A program made the translations under genes and the position numbers. Shown piece by piece: positions 22,815-32,142 of a stretch of 64,000 nucleotides of DNA. Source of the DNA: Escherichia phage HY01; the sequence record NC_027349.1. One strand, given 5' to 3'. The notes under the pieces are model-generated. The model worked only from the letters and a program-made list of their open reading frames with translations. It was not told where the DNA came from and ran no database searches. How positions within the stretch are numbered: position 1 is the stretch's first letter; each line of letters begins with the position of its first letter.

Positions 22815-24871
22815 TACATCTTGAACTTTTTAGACATTCCGTTGATGTTAACCAAAGAAGCCAAGATTTGAGAAACTTCGTTTTCCTCTTCTTTTGATTC
22901 TTCTACAAGGAATTGATTAAACCCAGCCATTGGACGAACTTCACCAGTTTCCATTAGATGATCGCCATCATATACCGATTCTTCTAATTGTTCAGAAGGA
23001 GGAACGATTGTGCCTTCAATTAGATACTTGTTATAAGCAGTTTCTTTCATCATGTACGTGCTTACTTTATTAATCTTCAACAAAATTCCACGCGGTAGAA
23101 TAACTTCAGCTTCTGATGGAAATCCCGATAAATGACCTGGAACGATAACTTTGATTCGCTCAGCCCCTTTAATTACCATACCTACGCTAGTTTCAGCATC
23201 TTCATTCGCATAAGCAGAATGACTGCCCATATGCATTAAATCTTCAGCATCAACAGAACCTTCTCCTTCACCAGAAAATACTGCGCCGGAATCATCTAGA
23301 GCCATATAGTTTTTACCATGCTCACCGAAGATATTTGGTTTAAGCGATGTTGATACGAAGTTCTTGAAATAGAACATTTTATTTTCAATATTATGGCGTA
23401 AAGTTTTAAAAGTAACTTCTTGTCCACGATAAAGCGTAGTTCCTGGAGGAAGAACTGAACCTTTGGCAAAGGCAGAATCCAGCGTCTCGATGTGTTTAAT
23501 AGCTCGTTCCATATATTCTTCACGGGTAGAATCTGGTTTACCCAAGAGGAACGAGTTCATTTCAACATATGAATCTGCACAATAATCTTCAATTACATCA
23601 GACTCAGCCTGAGTCAGTCCTTTTGGAGTTACTTCGGTGCTTGCGTATTCATATGCCTGAGCAGCAGATTCATTAATCAATTTATAAATGCCATTCATGA
23701 CAAATTGAATAATAGCTACCTTTTCGTCTGGCGTGGCTTTAGAACCTTTAACTAAATCATTGATAATTTTCTTAATAACATCAAAGCTATTAGAAATATT
23801 AATGTCAGCGAGATCGCTCAAAATTTTATCGGTTTTATAATCAAAGAATTCTTTATTCTTTAAATATTCTTGAGAACCTTGATGTGTTATATCGCTCTGC
23901 AGTCTGATAGACGGATCACGTAAACGTGCATGGGCCAATGCAATATGATTTCGGAAGCTTTCTAGTTCATAATCGTTAGATTTAAAACGAGAAGCACTTC
24001 TCATACCACCGATAGCTCCTTTACCGAAGTTTGAACCAATCTGAATAACGCCAGAGTTCATTGGTCCTTCTGCTTTATATACCGGAACTTTAGATTCAAA
24101 CTCTTGATATTTCTTAGCGGCAAAGCTATCACCCTGAAGCGAAGCATCGACAGTAGAATATTGAGCTTGCGCTGCTAATCGACGACTAATTTTAGTTTTC
24201 TGAATAACAGCTTGATCCGTGCGCTTATCATTTTCTAAAGCAATAGAAGCGGCAACAGCAACAGCTTTAGGAACAGCATTACCTGTTTTAACATCTACAT
24301 AAACATCACCAACCTTTGATTCAACTTTTGTGAATAACTCAGTTGAAATAGGAGGTACACCTGGAATGTCTTCTAAATTAGCATTTTTACGGTAAACCAT
24401 AATATATGCGTACTTTTTATCGTAATCCCAGATTTCCTTTAAAAGAACATATCGACCTGCTCCTTTAGTACGTACTAAACGGTCGGCAATAACTTGCATT
24501 TGACGAGCTGCACCATTTGTTTTACTCTTTAGTACGCGGAATAAGCATGCGTCAATTTTGTATTGTTTCATTGTCTGAAGAGCAGTATCAAAAACCGCAT
24601 TAATGACACCAATTGGATTTCCACCCAAGTTTTTAAGTTTAACTAATGATAGTTTCTCATTAACACCTATCATTACGATATGCATCATTTTATCGCCTGG
24701 CTTAACGTTTTTATTTGTATCACCGCCAGAGGTGTATGTACAAAATCTAAATCCAGGAAGCACGCTTTCTTCACCGGCTTGAATAGCAAAAATTTGAGGT
24801 ATTTTATGCTTAGGATTTAAGTTAACAACCGGCGCCGAAGCGCCGTCAAATAATTCTGTAATAAGTTCCAT
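22814..24871 (-). CDS. Alt-like ADP-ribosyltransferase paralog (685 aa)
   Basis: N-terminal about 220 aa and C-terminal ART domain homologous to the adjacent alt; R-S-E motifs (YRGQ, FVSTSL, EAEVILPRG); central region diverged. Confidence 0.8.
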   Translation of the reverse strand: MELITELFDGASAPVVNLNPKHKIPQIFAIQAGEESVLPGFRFCTYTSGGDTNKNVKPGDKMMHIVMIGVNEKLSLVKLKNLGGNPIGVINAVFDTALQTMKQYKIDACLFRVLKSKTNGAARQMQVIADRLVRTKGAGRYVLLKEIWDYDKKYAYIMVYRKNANLEDIPGVPPISTELFTKVESKVGDVYVDVKTGNAVPKAVAVAASIALENDKRTDQAVIQKTKISRRLAAQAQYSTVDASLQGDSFAAKKYQEFESKVPVYKAEGPMNSGVIQIGSNFGKGAIGGMRSASRFKSNDYELESFRNHIALAHARLRDPSIRLQSDITHQGSQEYLKNKEFFDYKTDKILSDLADINISNSFDVIKKIINDLVKGSKATPDEKVAIIQFVMNGIYKLINESAAQAYEYASTEVTPKGLTQAESDVIEDYCADSYVEMNSFLLGKPDSTREEYMERAIKHIETLDSAFAKGSVLPPGTTLYRGQEVTFKTLRHNIENKMFYFKNFVSTSLKPNIFGEHGKNYMALDDSGAVFSGEGEGSVDAEDLMHMGSHSAYANEDAETSVGMVIKGAERIKVIVPGHLSGFPSEAEVILPRGILLKINKVSTYMMKETAYNKYLIEGTIVPPSEQLEESVYDGDHLMETGEVRPMAGFNQFLVEESKEEENEVSQILASLVNINGMSKKFKM

Positions 24872-24874
24872 GAT

Positions 24875-26971
24875 TTATCCTTGAACGAACTTGTAAGGCA
24901 TGTTTGTAATATCTATGCAAGACGCAATAATTCCGAGAGATGATTCTGCTTTCTGTTTAACATTTGATGAAACAAATGATGCAAAGTCAACTCTGTCTTC
25001 TATTTCAATATCACCTGTCATTGCAACTACTTCGCCGGTTTCCATTAAACGGTCACCGTCATAAATTACTGATTCGGTGAGTTCTTCCGTAGTCATAACT
25101 TCAGCTTGAATGAGTTTTGTATTATTAGATGTTGTTCCGTCATTATTAGAAGCATCAGTTATTTTATTAACTTTGACCATCAATCCGCGTGGTAGAATAA
25201 CTTCAGCTTCTGTTGCTATTCCGAGACTTCCTGGATATACAACATTAACTTTATGAGCTCCATCAATTGCCCATCCTATTTGAACTTTAACGTATTCAGG
25301 ATTTTCTTTATACGCTCTTATTTCGTTTGGATTAATAGTTATTCCTTCTTCATTTTTATCAACTGTCAATTCATTACGAGCTTCTGGTTCTAAAAGACCA
25401 ATACCAGCATGTGTAATTCCAAAACGTCCAAAAATGATAGGAGTTAAAGAAGTAGATACAAAATTTCTGAAATAGAATACTTTATTTTTAACTAGTGCTT
25501 CGTATATAGGAGCAGTCATACTTTGAGCACGATAAACTGTAATGCCTTCTGGTATACGGTCGCCATTTTCAAAAGCTGAATCTAAGTTATTTATAGCAGA
25601 TTCAATTTCTTTTTCACTCATTACATCATATCGTTCTGGATTGTAGCGTCCTAAAAGAAGATTATTGATGTCAGTATATCCTGAACCGCAATACTCTCTA
25701 ATGCCACGCTTTTGTGATGGAGTATATTTAGAACCATCACGGGCAATAGTAATATCAATCATTGGACCTGCACCAATTCCAGAAAAACTATAAATCATTC
25801 TTTTGAGGAATTTAGTTTTTGCTGCGTTCCAGGAATTTTTAGTTATTTCTTCCCAGACTTCATCTGGCTGTCCTTTACGGGTTTTATTATGTTTATCAAG
25901 CCAATTATCTTTATATTCTTCAAAGAGTTGATTAACAGCTGCTGCGTATTTCTCTAAACATTTTATTGAAGTAGTTGGTTCATTTTTAATCGCATTAAGA
26001 ATTACATCTTTAATTTTTTCAGAAACTTCATTAACCTCACTTTTTGAAAAGAATTTATAATCATAGTGAAGTTCATCTGCAGTTCCTTCGGCAATAATTT
26101 TTGCTGTCTTAGTTTTAGAAGCTAATGAATTAATTCCAAGTTTCATTTCTTCTGCTTCAGGAATTAAAGGAGCTGTAGCATGTTTATTAAAATTGGCTGC
26201 GGTAGATTCATACTTCTGGAATAATTCGCTTTCAAATCTAGAAGATTCTAATGACTGGCTTTGTGCAATTGCTCTACGGGAAATTTTAACTTTAACGATT
26301 ACAGCTTGGTCAGAACGTTTATCATTTTCTTGTGCAATAGATGCTGCAATTGCCTCATTTTTAGTTACTTGAGCTCCGGTATCTTTATTGATATAAACAT
26401 CACCGACCTTCGATTCAACTTTAGTAAAGAGCTCGGTACTAATTTCCGGAACTCCTGGAATGTCTTCTAGTGATACATTTTTGCGATGTATAAGAATATA
26501 TGCATACTTTTTATCATAATCCCAGAGTTCCTTAAGAAGGACGTATCTGCCACCTGAACGACTACGGATAAGTCTATCAGCAATAACTTGAATTTGTCGA
26601 GCTTGACCAGCAGTTTTAGACTTAAGAATACGAAGCATGCAGGCATCAATTTTATACTGACGCATCGTCTGCATTGCAACAGTAAAAACTGAATTGATGT
26701 AATTAATTGGACTTGGACCGAGACCTTTTAATTTAGCAATTGAACCTTTAGCAGTTAGTGTAAAAGGAACAATGTGCATCATTTTATCGCCCATCTTTAA
26801 ATCGCGATTAGTATCACCTCCAGATGTATAGGTACATAAACGAAAGCCTGGTTGTTCAATTGCGTCATCAACATGAACTGAAAAAATTTGTGGTATTTTC
26901 TTCTTTGGATTTAAGTTTGTAATCGGAAGAGTAGTATCTTCGTCAAATAATTCTGTAATAAGTTCCATCAT
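24875..26971 (-). CDS. alt: Alt ADP-ribosyltransferase (698 aa; start may be second ATG at 26968)
   Basis: R-S-E ART motifs (YRAQ, FVSTSL, EAEVILPRG); late promoter TATAAATA and SD upstream; matches T4 Alt as recalled. Confidence 0.85.
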   Translation of the reverse strand: MMELITELFDEDTTLPITNLNPKKKIPQIFSVHVDDAIEQPGFRLCTYTSGGDTNRDLKMGDKMMHIVPFTLTAKGSIAKLKGLGPSPINYINSVFTVAMQTMRQYKIDACMLRILKSKTAGQARQIQVIADRLIRSRSGGRYVLLKELWDYDKKYAYILIHRKNVSLEDIPGVPEISTELFTKVESKVGDVYINKDTGAQVTKNEAIAASIAQENDKRSDQAVIVKVKISRRAIAQSQSLESSRFESELFQKYESTAANFNKHATAPLIPEAEEMKLGINSLASKTKTAKIIAEGTADELHYDYKFFSKSEVNEVSEKIKDVILNAIKNEPTTSIKCLEKYAAAVNQLFEEYKDNWLDKHNKTRKGQPDEVWEEITKNSWNAAKTKFLKRMIYSFSGIGAGPMIDITIARDGSKYTPSQKRGIREYCGSGYTDINNLLLGRYNPERYDVMSEKEIESAINNLDSAFENGDRIPEGITVYRAQSMTAPIYEALVKNKVFYFRNFVSTSLTPIIFGRFGITHAGIGLLEPEARNELTVDKNEEGITINPNEIRAYKENPEYVKVQIGWAIDGAHKVNVVYPGSLGIATEAEVILPRGLMVKVNKITDASNNDGTTSNNTKLIQAEVMTTEELTESVIYDGDRLMETGEVVAMTGDIEIEDRVDFASFVSSNVKQKAESSLGIIASCIDITNMPYKFVQG

Positions 26972-26991
26972 ATCCTCTCTAGTGTTTATTC

Positions 26992-26999
26992 TATTTATA
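26992..26999 (-). promoter_or_regulatory. Late promoter TATAAATA upstream of alt
   Basis: Minus-strand TATAAATA between terminator hairpin and alt SD. Confidence 0.45.
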
Positions 27000-27000
27000 A

Positions 27001-27023
27001 AATTAAAGGCCCGAAGGCCTTTA
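27001..27023 (-). terminator. Terminator hairpin downstream of ligase operon ORF
   Basis: AAAGGCC-TTCG-GGCCTTT followed by AATTTTAT on minus strand. Confidence 0.5.
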
Positions 27024-27209
27024 ATAATCTAGTGGTAAGAGAGTACGGTATATTTCAAACTTTGGCCCTTTTTCATAGGCATCAAATGTTTCTGTAAATT
27101 TATTATAAGCATACGCATCTACAAATTCGAGAATGACTTGCGATACCGAAGTAGAAACATCTCCACCTTCTTTTTGAGCTATAACAATTGTTTCTAAGTA
27201 AGCTTTCAT
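27021..27209 (-). CDS. Hypothetical protein, 62 aa
   Basis: ORF overlapping ligase stop (ATGA), followed by terminator hairpin. Confidence 0.4.
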   Translation of the reverse strand: MKAYLETIVIAQKEGGDVSTSVSQVILEFVDAYAYNKFTETFDAYEKGPKFEIYRTLLPLDY

Positions 27210-28666
27210 AGACCAGTTACCTCATGAAAATCACCAAATACATCCTCGAATGTATTAGCTTTAGTTTTATCTTCACGTAAACGAATCACAATCGGAAGAA
27301 ATAATTTAACGTAATCAGTGCGGCCATCAGATTTTAACCAACCATTGCATTCGCACTCTAGAATTTTTCCAATATAATAATTTTGGTTTTCCATAATGCG
27401 AGTACGGTCAAGTTCATGCGATTTTACACCGGCTTTATCTTTTAAACCTGAACCAGCATTTACTTTAATTTTTCCACACTCTGATTCAAGAATAAATCCA
27501 CCTGCTTTAGTAGGGTCTTTACGGTGAGGATAAATTCCTACAATTTTTAAATCAACATCAATTACTTCTTTAAATTTATAAAGATTTTTTGAACGAGCAT
27601 TTTCCCACAATCCATCGGTATTTTTGAGAATAATACCTTCAAGACCTTGGTCAATATACTTTTTATAAATTACCTTAGCTTCATCTAGGTTATTTACTAC
27701 TTGGTTTTCAATTAAAATTACTTTATCATATCCTGATGTCATTTGTTCTAGTTTAGAAAACCGTACATCATATTTTAAACGAAACGCCGGAAGACCGTAT
27801 ATTTCTACTAACGGGACATAATCCCAGACCTGAAACTTCATACATTGAGCTTCTTTTTCTGAAATAGTTCCCTTTAAAGATTTATTGGCAATTCCATTAG
27901 AAGTAGTACGAGATTCCGCTACTTCGGCAAACTCTTTAGCTTTACTGATTTCAGGAGCATCAAAAAGAAAATCTAGGCCTTCTGGTTCCTTTTTAACTTG
28001 CTCATGGTATACCAATTCGCCATCAATTAACACACCTTCTGGATGAATCTGGCGGGCTTCTGCGGTCATTTTGATTAATTCTTCTTTAAGAAGATCTAAT
28101 CCTAGATATTCATTACCAGCTCGTGATAAAAGACGAACATCATCTAATTCATCACCTCTAACTTCAGCAAAACACCGGGCTCCATCTGCTTTTAACTGTG
28201 CAAAGGCTGGAAATTTGATATTCTTACTAATGCCTTTTTCATCATAAGAACTTGCCAGCATTTGAGGTTGTTCAGGAATTAAACCTGGCCAAACTTTATT
28301 TGCAATAGATACCGAAGCACCGCATTCGAGGTCTCGCATCATAACTCGACGCAAAACTTCAACATCATCCTTTTTACCATCAGTGATATATCCAGTTAAT
28401 TCCTCAATTGCAGCATTTCCAGTCAATTTCCGAGTAGCTAACGTGAATTCAATGAAGTCAAGCATATCGGTAATAGTCAGCATTCCAAAACTCTGAGTAG
28501 CAATACCAGGTTTAGGCCATTTCTTGATATAATACTGTAACCCACGAGAATAAGTCAGACGATATACTCGTTTAAGCAATTCGTTATCTTTATTCCTTTC
28601 AAGAATTGCTTGCTTCTGCTTAGTTGATCCAATAGATGCTATTTCATTCAGAATTTTAAGAATCAT
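27206..28666 (-). CDS. 30: ATP-dependent DNA ligase gp30 (486 aa)
   Basis: Adenylation motif KADGAR; size/sequence as T4 DNA ligase. Confidence 0.95.
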   Translation of the reverse strand: MILKILNEIASIGSTKQKQAILERNKDNELLKRVYRLTYSRGLQYYIKKWPKPGIATQSFGMLTITDMLDFIEFTLATRKLTGNAAIEELTGYITDGKKDDVEVLRRVMMRDLECGASVSIANKVWPGLIPEQPQMLASSYDEKGISKNIKFPAFAQLKADGARCFAEVRGDELDDVRLLSRAGNEYLGLDLLKEELIKMTAEARQIHPEGVLIDGELVYHEQVKKEPEGLDFLFDAPEISKAKEFAEVAESRTTSNGIANKSLKGTISEKEAQCMKFQVWDYVPLVEIYGLPAFRLKYDVRFSKLEQMTSGYDKVILIENQVVNNLDEAKVIYKKYIDQGLEGIILKNTDGLWENARSKNLYKFKEVIDVDLKIVGIYPHRKDPTKAGGFILESECGKIKVNAGSGLKDKAGVKSHELDRTRIMENQNYYIGKILECECNGWLKSDGRTDYVKLFLPIVIRLREDKTKANTFEDVFGDFHEVTGL

Positions 28667-28932
28667 TGTTCATCCTTCAGAGTTTGATTTACATTTCTAT
28701 TATAAATCAATTCATCATTAAGCTCAGGCAAAGACCTGTGATATGTAGTTCTAACTTTATTTCCTTGCATCCAATGCTTGATATAAATGAAACCTTGCTC
28801 TACACATTTTTTAAAAATTCGTTCGTCTTTTTGAGCTCGGAATTCTGGATTGCATCTAAAAAATTGATTTACGTGACCGTAATCACGTGTAGTATTACCT
28901 TCATTTTCATAAATAGTGTGAACGACAAACAT
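28663..28932 (-). CDS. Hypothetical protein, 89 aa (30.1 position)
   Basis: ORF in ATGA-overlapping early operon. Confidence 0.5.
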   Translation of the reverse strand: MFVVHTIYENEGNTTRDYGHVNQFFRCNPEFRAQKDERIFKKCVEQGFIYIKHWMQGNKVRTTYHRSLPELNDELIYNRNVNQTLKDEQ

Positions 28933-29795
28933 TAGAATGCTCCTTGGAAAATATTATCACCACTAGTAAATCTATTAAAATACCCTGCATCACCAGGCTT
29001 AGTATAACTCCACGTATGGAATGGATTCATATGATACGGGTGTGTATAATATGGATTATATGGATGTGTATAATATGGATTATACGGATTAAATCCAGGA
29101 GTTCTCCAGGTAGTGTTCCAAGGAAAAGAATCGGTTTTAACCATCTTCTCAATTACATCTTTTATAGCTTTTTCACTATCAAAACTTTCTTTATTTTCCT
29201 TCGGTGAAAAAAGCTTATTTTCTACATCATTCCATGTATAAACTCGCTGAGCGGTTTTTGGAATATTATCACGCTCTCCTCGAGCCATCCAATAAACAGG
29301 AACATTTAATATTTCACTCGCGTGGTCGCAGTGGTGAGCGAGATCGTCAATATAACAAATTACGTTATATTTCTCTTTTGCCTTTTTGAACAACTCTTCT
29401 TTTGAAGAATCATGACCACACATCATTACTTCTGAGAAGGCACCAGGAAAAAGAGCATTCAAATTAAATTGACGATTTAATAGAGCATCAATAGAATCAC
29501 CCAATGCTGTAACAGCTACAAAATTATAATCTTCTTTTAATTTGTTAATTACACACAGGGCATCTTTATATGGAGACAAGTAACGAATAAAATCTGATCG
29601 ATTGTATTTTTCAATTAACTTGACACCAAGTTCTTCATCACAATTAAAGAGTTTACCTGGAGAAATAAATTTCTCATCTTGGATCATTTTTAAAATATGT
29701 TCTAACGGAAGATTATATTTCTGAGCAAAATAAGGAAGACCTGATTGCCAGCTTAAACATACTCCATCAATATCAGTTAAAATAGTAGGCTTCAT
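28932..29795 (-). CDS. HAD-like hydrolase-fold protein with C-terminal Tyr/Pro-rich tandem repeat (287 aa; 30.2 position)
   Basis: N-terminal ILTDIDGV (DxDG motif I of HAD phosphatases); YIDD; repeated NPYYTHPY encoded by 24-bp tandem DNA repeat. Confidence 0.6.
   Translation of the reverse strand: MKPTILTDIDGVCLSWQSGLPYFAQKYNLPLEHILKMIQDEKFISPGKLFNCDEELGVKLIEKYNRSDFIRYLSPYKDALCVINKLKEDYNFVAVTALGDSIDALLNRQFNLNALFPGAFSEVMMCGHDSSKEELFKKAKEKYNVICYIDDLAHHCDHASEILNVPVYWMARGERDNIPKTAQRVYTWNDVENKLFSPKENKESFDSEKAIKDVIEKMVKTDSFPWNTTWRTPGFNPYNPYYTHPYNPYYTHPYHMNPFHTWSYTKPGDAGYFNRFTSGDNIFQGAF
29042..29089 (-). repeat. 24-bp tandem direct repeat inside the 30.2-like gene (encodes NPYYTHPY twice)
   Basis: GTGTATAATATGGATTATA occurs twice 24 bp apart. 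Confidence 0.7.
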
Positions 29796-30256
29796 AGAGA
29801 GTCTCTTAATAGGTTTAACACATCAATAAATTCAGCTTCAGTTAGTATTGTATCATCTTTTGTTAGACCACTAGCCATGCTGTGCTTCAAAACTTTTCCT
29901 TTCGAGGCTTGTAATGCATCGCGAAAGCCCCTGTTTTGGAACGCTGCTTCAAAATATGCATTTGTGTATAGCTCTTTCCACGCCGGGGAGTATCTTGAAA
30001 ACGGAACTCCAAGCCAGAACAATGTGCCACGGTCCTGAGCTCTTGCATAAGCTCGTCCAGCTTTTTGTGCGTCCAACCCGGACATCCCAAATATACGTCT
30101 TTGCTGTTCAACATTTTTCACCTTACATCCTTGGAGGAATCCTTCGAGACCTCCAAATTGGATACCATCCATAACGAAAGGCCATTGGGCAAAATTGCTT
30201 AATGCACATGATGGCCATCTAAAATTGCTTCTAATCTCTAACTCAGACATTTTCAA
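29792..30256 (-). CDS. Conserved hypothetical protein, 154 aa (30.3 position)
   Basis: ORF with translational coupling to neighbours. Confidence 0.55.
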   Translation of the reverse strand: MKMSELEIRSNFRWPSCALSNFAQWPFVMDGIQFGGLEGFLQGCKVKNVEQQRRIFGMSGLDAQKAGRAYARAQDRGTLFWLGVPFSRYSPAWKELYTNAYFEAAFQNRGFRDALQASKGKVLKHSMASGLTKDDTILTEAEFIDVLNLLRDSL

Positions 30257-30449
30257 TACTTATAATTTCAACATCAGCCCAATGACCATAGCAAGGAAGA
30301 CGAAATTCAACTGGCCAGTTAGGGTCCTTTTCTAATATAATAGACTTAACTTGTGGTTCTTCATGTTCATCGGTATACGGACCTTTATACGTTACTTTAT
30401 ATGTGACCTTAATGTACTGAATTCCAAAAATCTTATTAATTATATTCAT
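30243..30449 (-). CDS. Hypothetical protein, 68 aa
   Basis: ORF in early operon. Confidence 0.45.
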   Translation of the reverse strand: MNIINKIFGIQYIKVTYKVTYKGPYTDEHEEPQVKSIILEKDPNWPVEFRLPCYGHWADVEIISIENV

Positions 30450-30643
30450 ACTAATTCCTTTAATCCATAGATAGGAGATAATTCATCACCCATACGAAGG
30501 TCTTCATTTCCATCTACCCAGGAAACAATATAAGCTTCTTTTATTTGAACGTCTCTCCATTTAAATGCAGGCAAAACCTTAGAAATTAATCCAGGTATAC
30601 CGACTCCCTTTAATTCAACAGTTTGACCTAAAAAGAATTTCAT
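30446..30643 (-). CDS. Hypothetical protein, 65 aa
   Basis: ORF in early operon, ATGA overlap. Confidence 0.45.
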   Translation of the reverse strand: MKFFLGQTVELKGVGIPGLISKVLPAFKWRDVQIKEAYIVSWVDGNEDLRMGDELSPIYGLKELV

Positions 30644-30930
30644 TAGAACCTCATCTGAAAACCATGCGATTTAACATTACCACCACCAATGTCAGAAATA
30701 TTAATTTCACGCGCAATTGAAGGGTCAATGTCAATTTCACGGTTGAGTTTAGTGATAGCTAGAGTATCACGCCCATTTACAGTACGGAACTCTAAAGGGC
30801 AGACTACATTGACGTAGTTTTTAATCGATTCACTGGTAGGCTGCAAATGAACAGGAAGGTCTTTAGGCGCCTTTGAGAAAACCACTTCACAGAAATTTTT
30901 GCGGGTATCAAAATAAGTAGTCATAAACAT
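30643..30930 (-). CDS. Hypothetical protein (95 aa from ATG 30930; track ORF extends to 30981)
   Basis: GAGGA SD 9 nt upstream of ATG 30930; track extension would run through an intergenic hairpin. Confidence 0.45.
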   Translation of the reverse strand: MFMTTYFDTRKNFCEVVFSKAPKDLPVHLQPTSESIKNYVNVVCPLEFRTVNGRDTLAITKLNREIDIDPSIAREINISDIGGGNVKSHGFQMRF

Positions 30931-30970
30931 AGTATTTTCCTCAGTAAGGGGCCGAAGCCCCTGTTTTATT

Positions 30971-31348
30971 TTAAATATCAAATTCGTTAAGAACTACATC
31001 AAAGATTGCTTCAAGATGCTCAGGTTTAGCTCTGTTACTCAAAATATGACGAATCCAAGTTTTAACCAGAAGCTTACGATTGACGCCATTCCAGCAAGGA
31101 TGAGTACCTAAATCACGTTGACGGAAATCATCATCCAGAGCGATTTTGAAGTTGGAGCCTTCCATTGTGATTGAAACCGTGATGCCATTTTCAAATCGCA
31201 TATAAACGTAGTTAGGAGTCATATACTGTTCAATTTCGCATACTGATCCATTTTGATGTTTCCAAAGGCAAATAGTATCAATAGAACCTGCAATACCATT
31301 AGAAACATATTTACGTTCAAAGTTGATGTAGTTCATTTTATTCTCCAA
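30971..31348 (-). CDS. Hypothetical protein, 125 aa
   Basis: ORF in early operon. Confidence 0.5.
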   Translation of the reverse strand: MENKMNYINFERKYVSNGIAGSIDTICLWKHQNGSVCEIEQYMTPNYVYMRFENGITVSITMEGSNFKIALDDDFRQRDLGTHPCWNGVNRKLLVKTWIRHILSNRAKPEHLEAIFDVVLNEFDI

Positions 31349-31403
31349 GATGTTTAATTGCGGTACAGGTATATAATATCATATCCTGTACCAAAGTAAA
31401 CAA

Positions 31404-31736
31404 TTATTTTACTACTTTCCAATGCTTCATGTCAAGTTTGCCAACTTTTTTCATCTTCTCAATTAAGCGTTCAGCACGTTGGCGAGCTGTAACATAATAC
31501 CATTCACCTAATTCATTTTGTTCAATTTTTCCAACGATTACTGTATTCAATTCATAAATCCAACCAGTAAAGAAATTATGAACTTGAATTGTAAAGGTGA
31601 AATCTGTTCCCATACCTTCTGTTGTTTCTACTTCAATAATATCACCTTCAACTGCCATTAAGAACCACATAGTTTCATCATATTTACCATTGAAGCATTT
31701 AGTTTTAACTGTAGCGTTCAGATTAATCGTTTTCAT
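31404..31736 (-). CDS. Hypothetical protein, 110 aa
   Basis: ORF in early operon. Confidence 0.5.
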   Translation of the reverse strand: MKTINLNATVKTKCFNGKYDETMWFLMAVEGDIIEVETTEGMGTDFTFTIQVHNFFTGWIYELNTVIVGKIEQNELGEWYYVTARQRAERLIEKMKKVGKLDMKHWKVVK

Positions 31737-31813
31737 TTTATTCTCCTTTGTTTGTGTAAGATAATACTATCACAAAGGAACTATACTGTAAACAACTTTG
31801 TGCAATCTTTGGA

Positions 31814-31841
31814 AAATAAAAAAGGACTCCCGAAGGAGTCC
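31814..31841 (-). terminator. Strong intrinsic terminator after the small basic-protein gene
   Basis: GGACTCC-TTCG-GGAGTCC followed by TTTTTTATTTT on minus strand. Confidence 0.65.
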
Positions 31842-31846
31842 TCAAC

Positions 31847-32065
31847 TTATGCTTTCTGCTTACCAAAACGAGAAGCATCATCTCGAAGAACCGCACGTGC
31901 TCGGCGCATGATCTTCTCAACAGTTTGATTGATACGAGAGTTCGACCCACGCTTGTAACCAGCGCGTTTAGAATCACCAACTTTCTTTTCAACTGCTTTC
32001 TTTGCTTTAGCTTGTTTTGCCATTATAAATTCTCTTTTAAATGAAAATGCAGGACTTATTGGCAT
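31847..32065 (-). CDS. Small Lys/Arg-rich basic protein (72 aa, or 58 aa from ATG 32023); encoded on minus strand although ORF track labels it +
   Basis: Reverse-complement translation gives MAKQAKAKKAVEKK...RFGKQKA; followed by strong intrinsic terminator. Confidence 0.45.
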   Translation of the reverse strand: MPISPAFSFKREFIMAKQAKAKKAVEKKVGDSKRAGYKRGSNSRINQTVEKIMRRARAVLRDDASRFGKQKA

Positions 32066-32142
32066 TGCCTGCGCAAGCCCTCAAGGGGAACATAGGTTTT
32101 GTATATTTACCGACAGGATAACCATAAACCTCGTCAACATAA

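Noticed and set aside
28666-29389. Plus-strand ORFs 28666-28935, 28944-29207 and 29204-29389
   Set aside because: Antisense to the 30.1/30.2-like genes in a minus-strand operon; AT-rich frame artefacts
31738-31992. Minus-strand 84-aa ORF with TTG start
   Set aside because: Non-ATG start, hydrophobic junk translation, overlaps the basic-protein gene and its terminator in another frame
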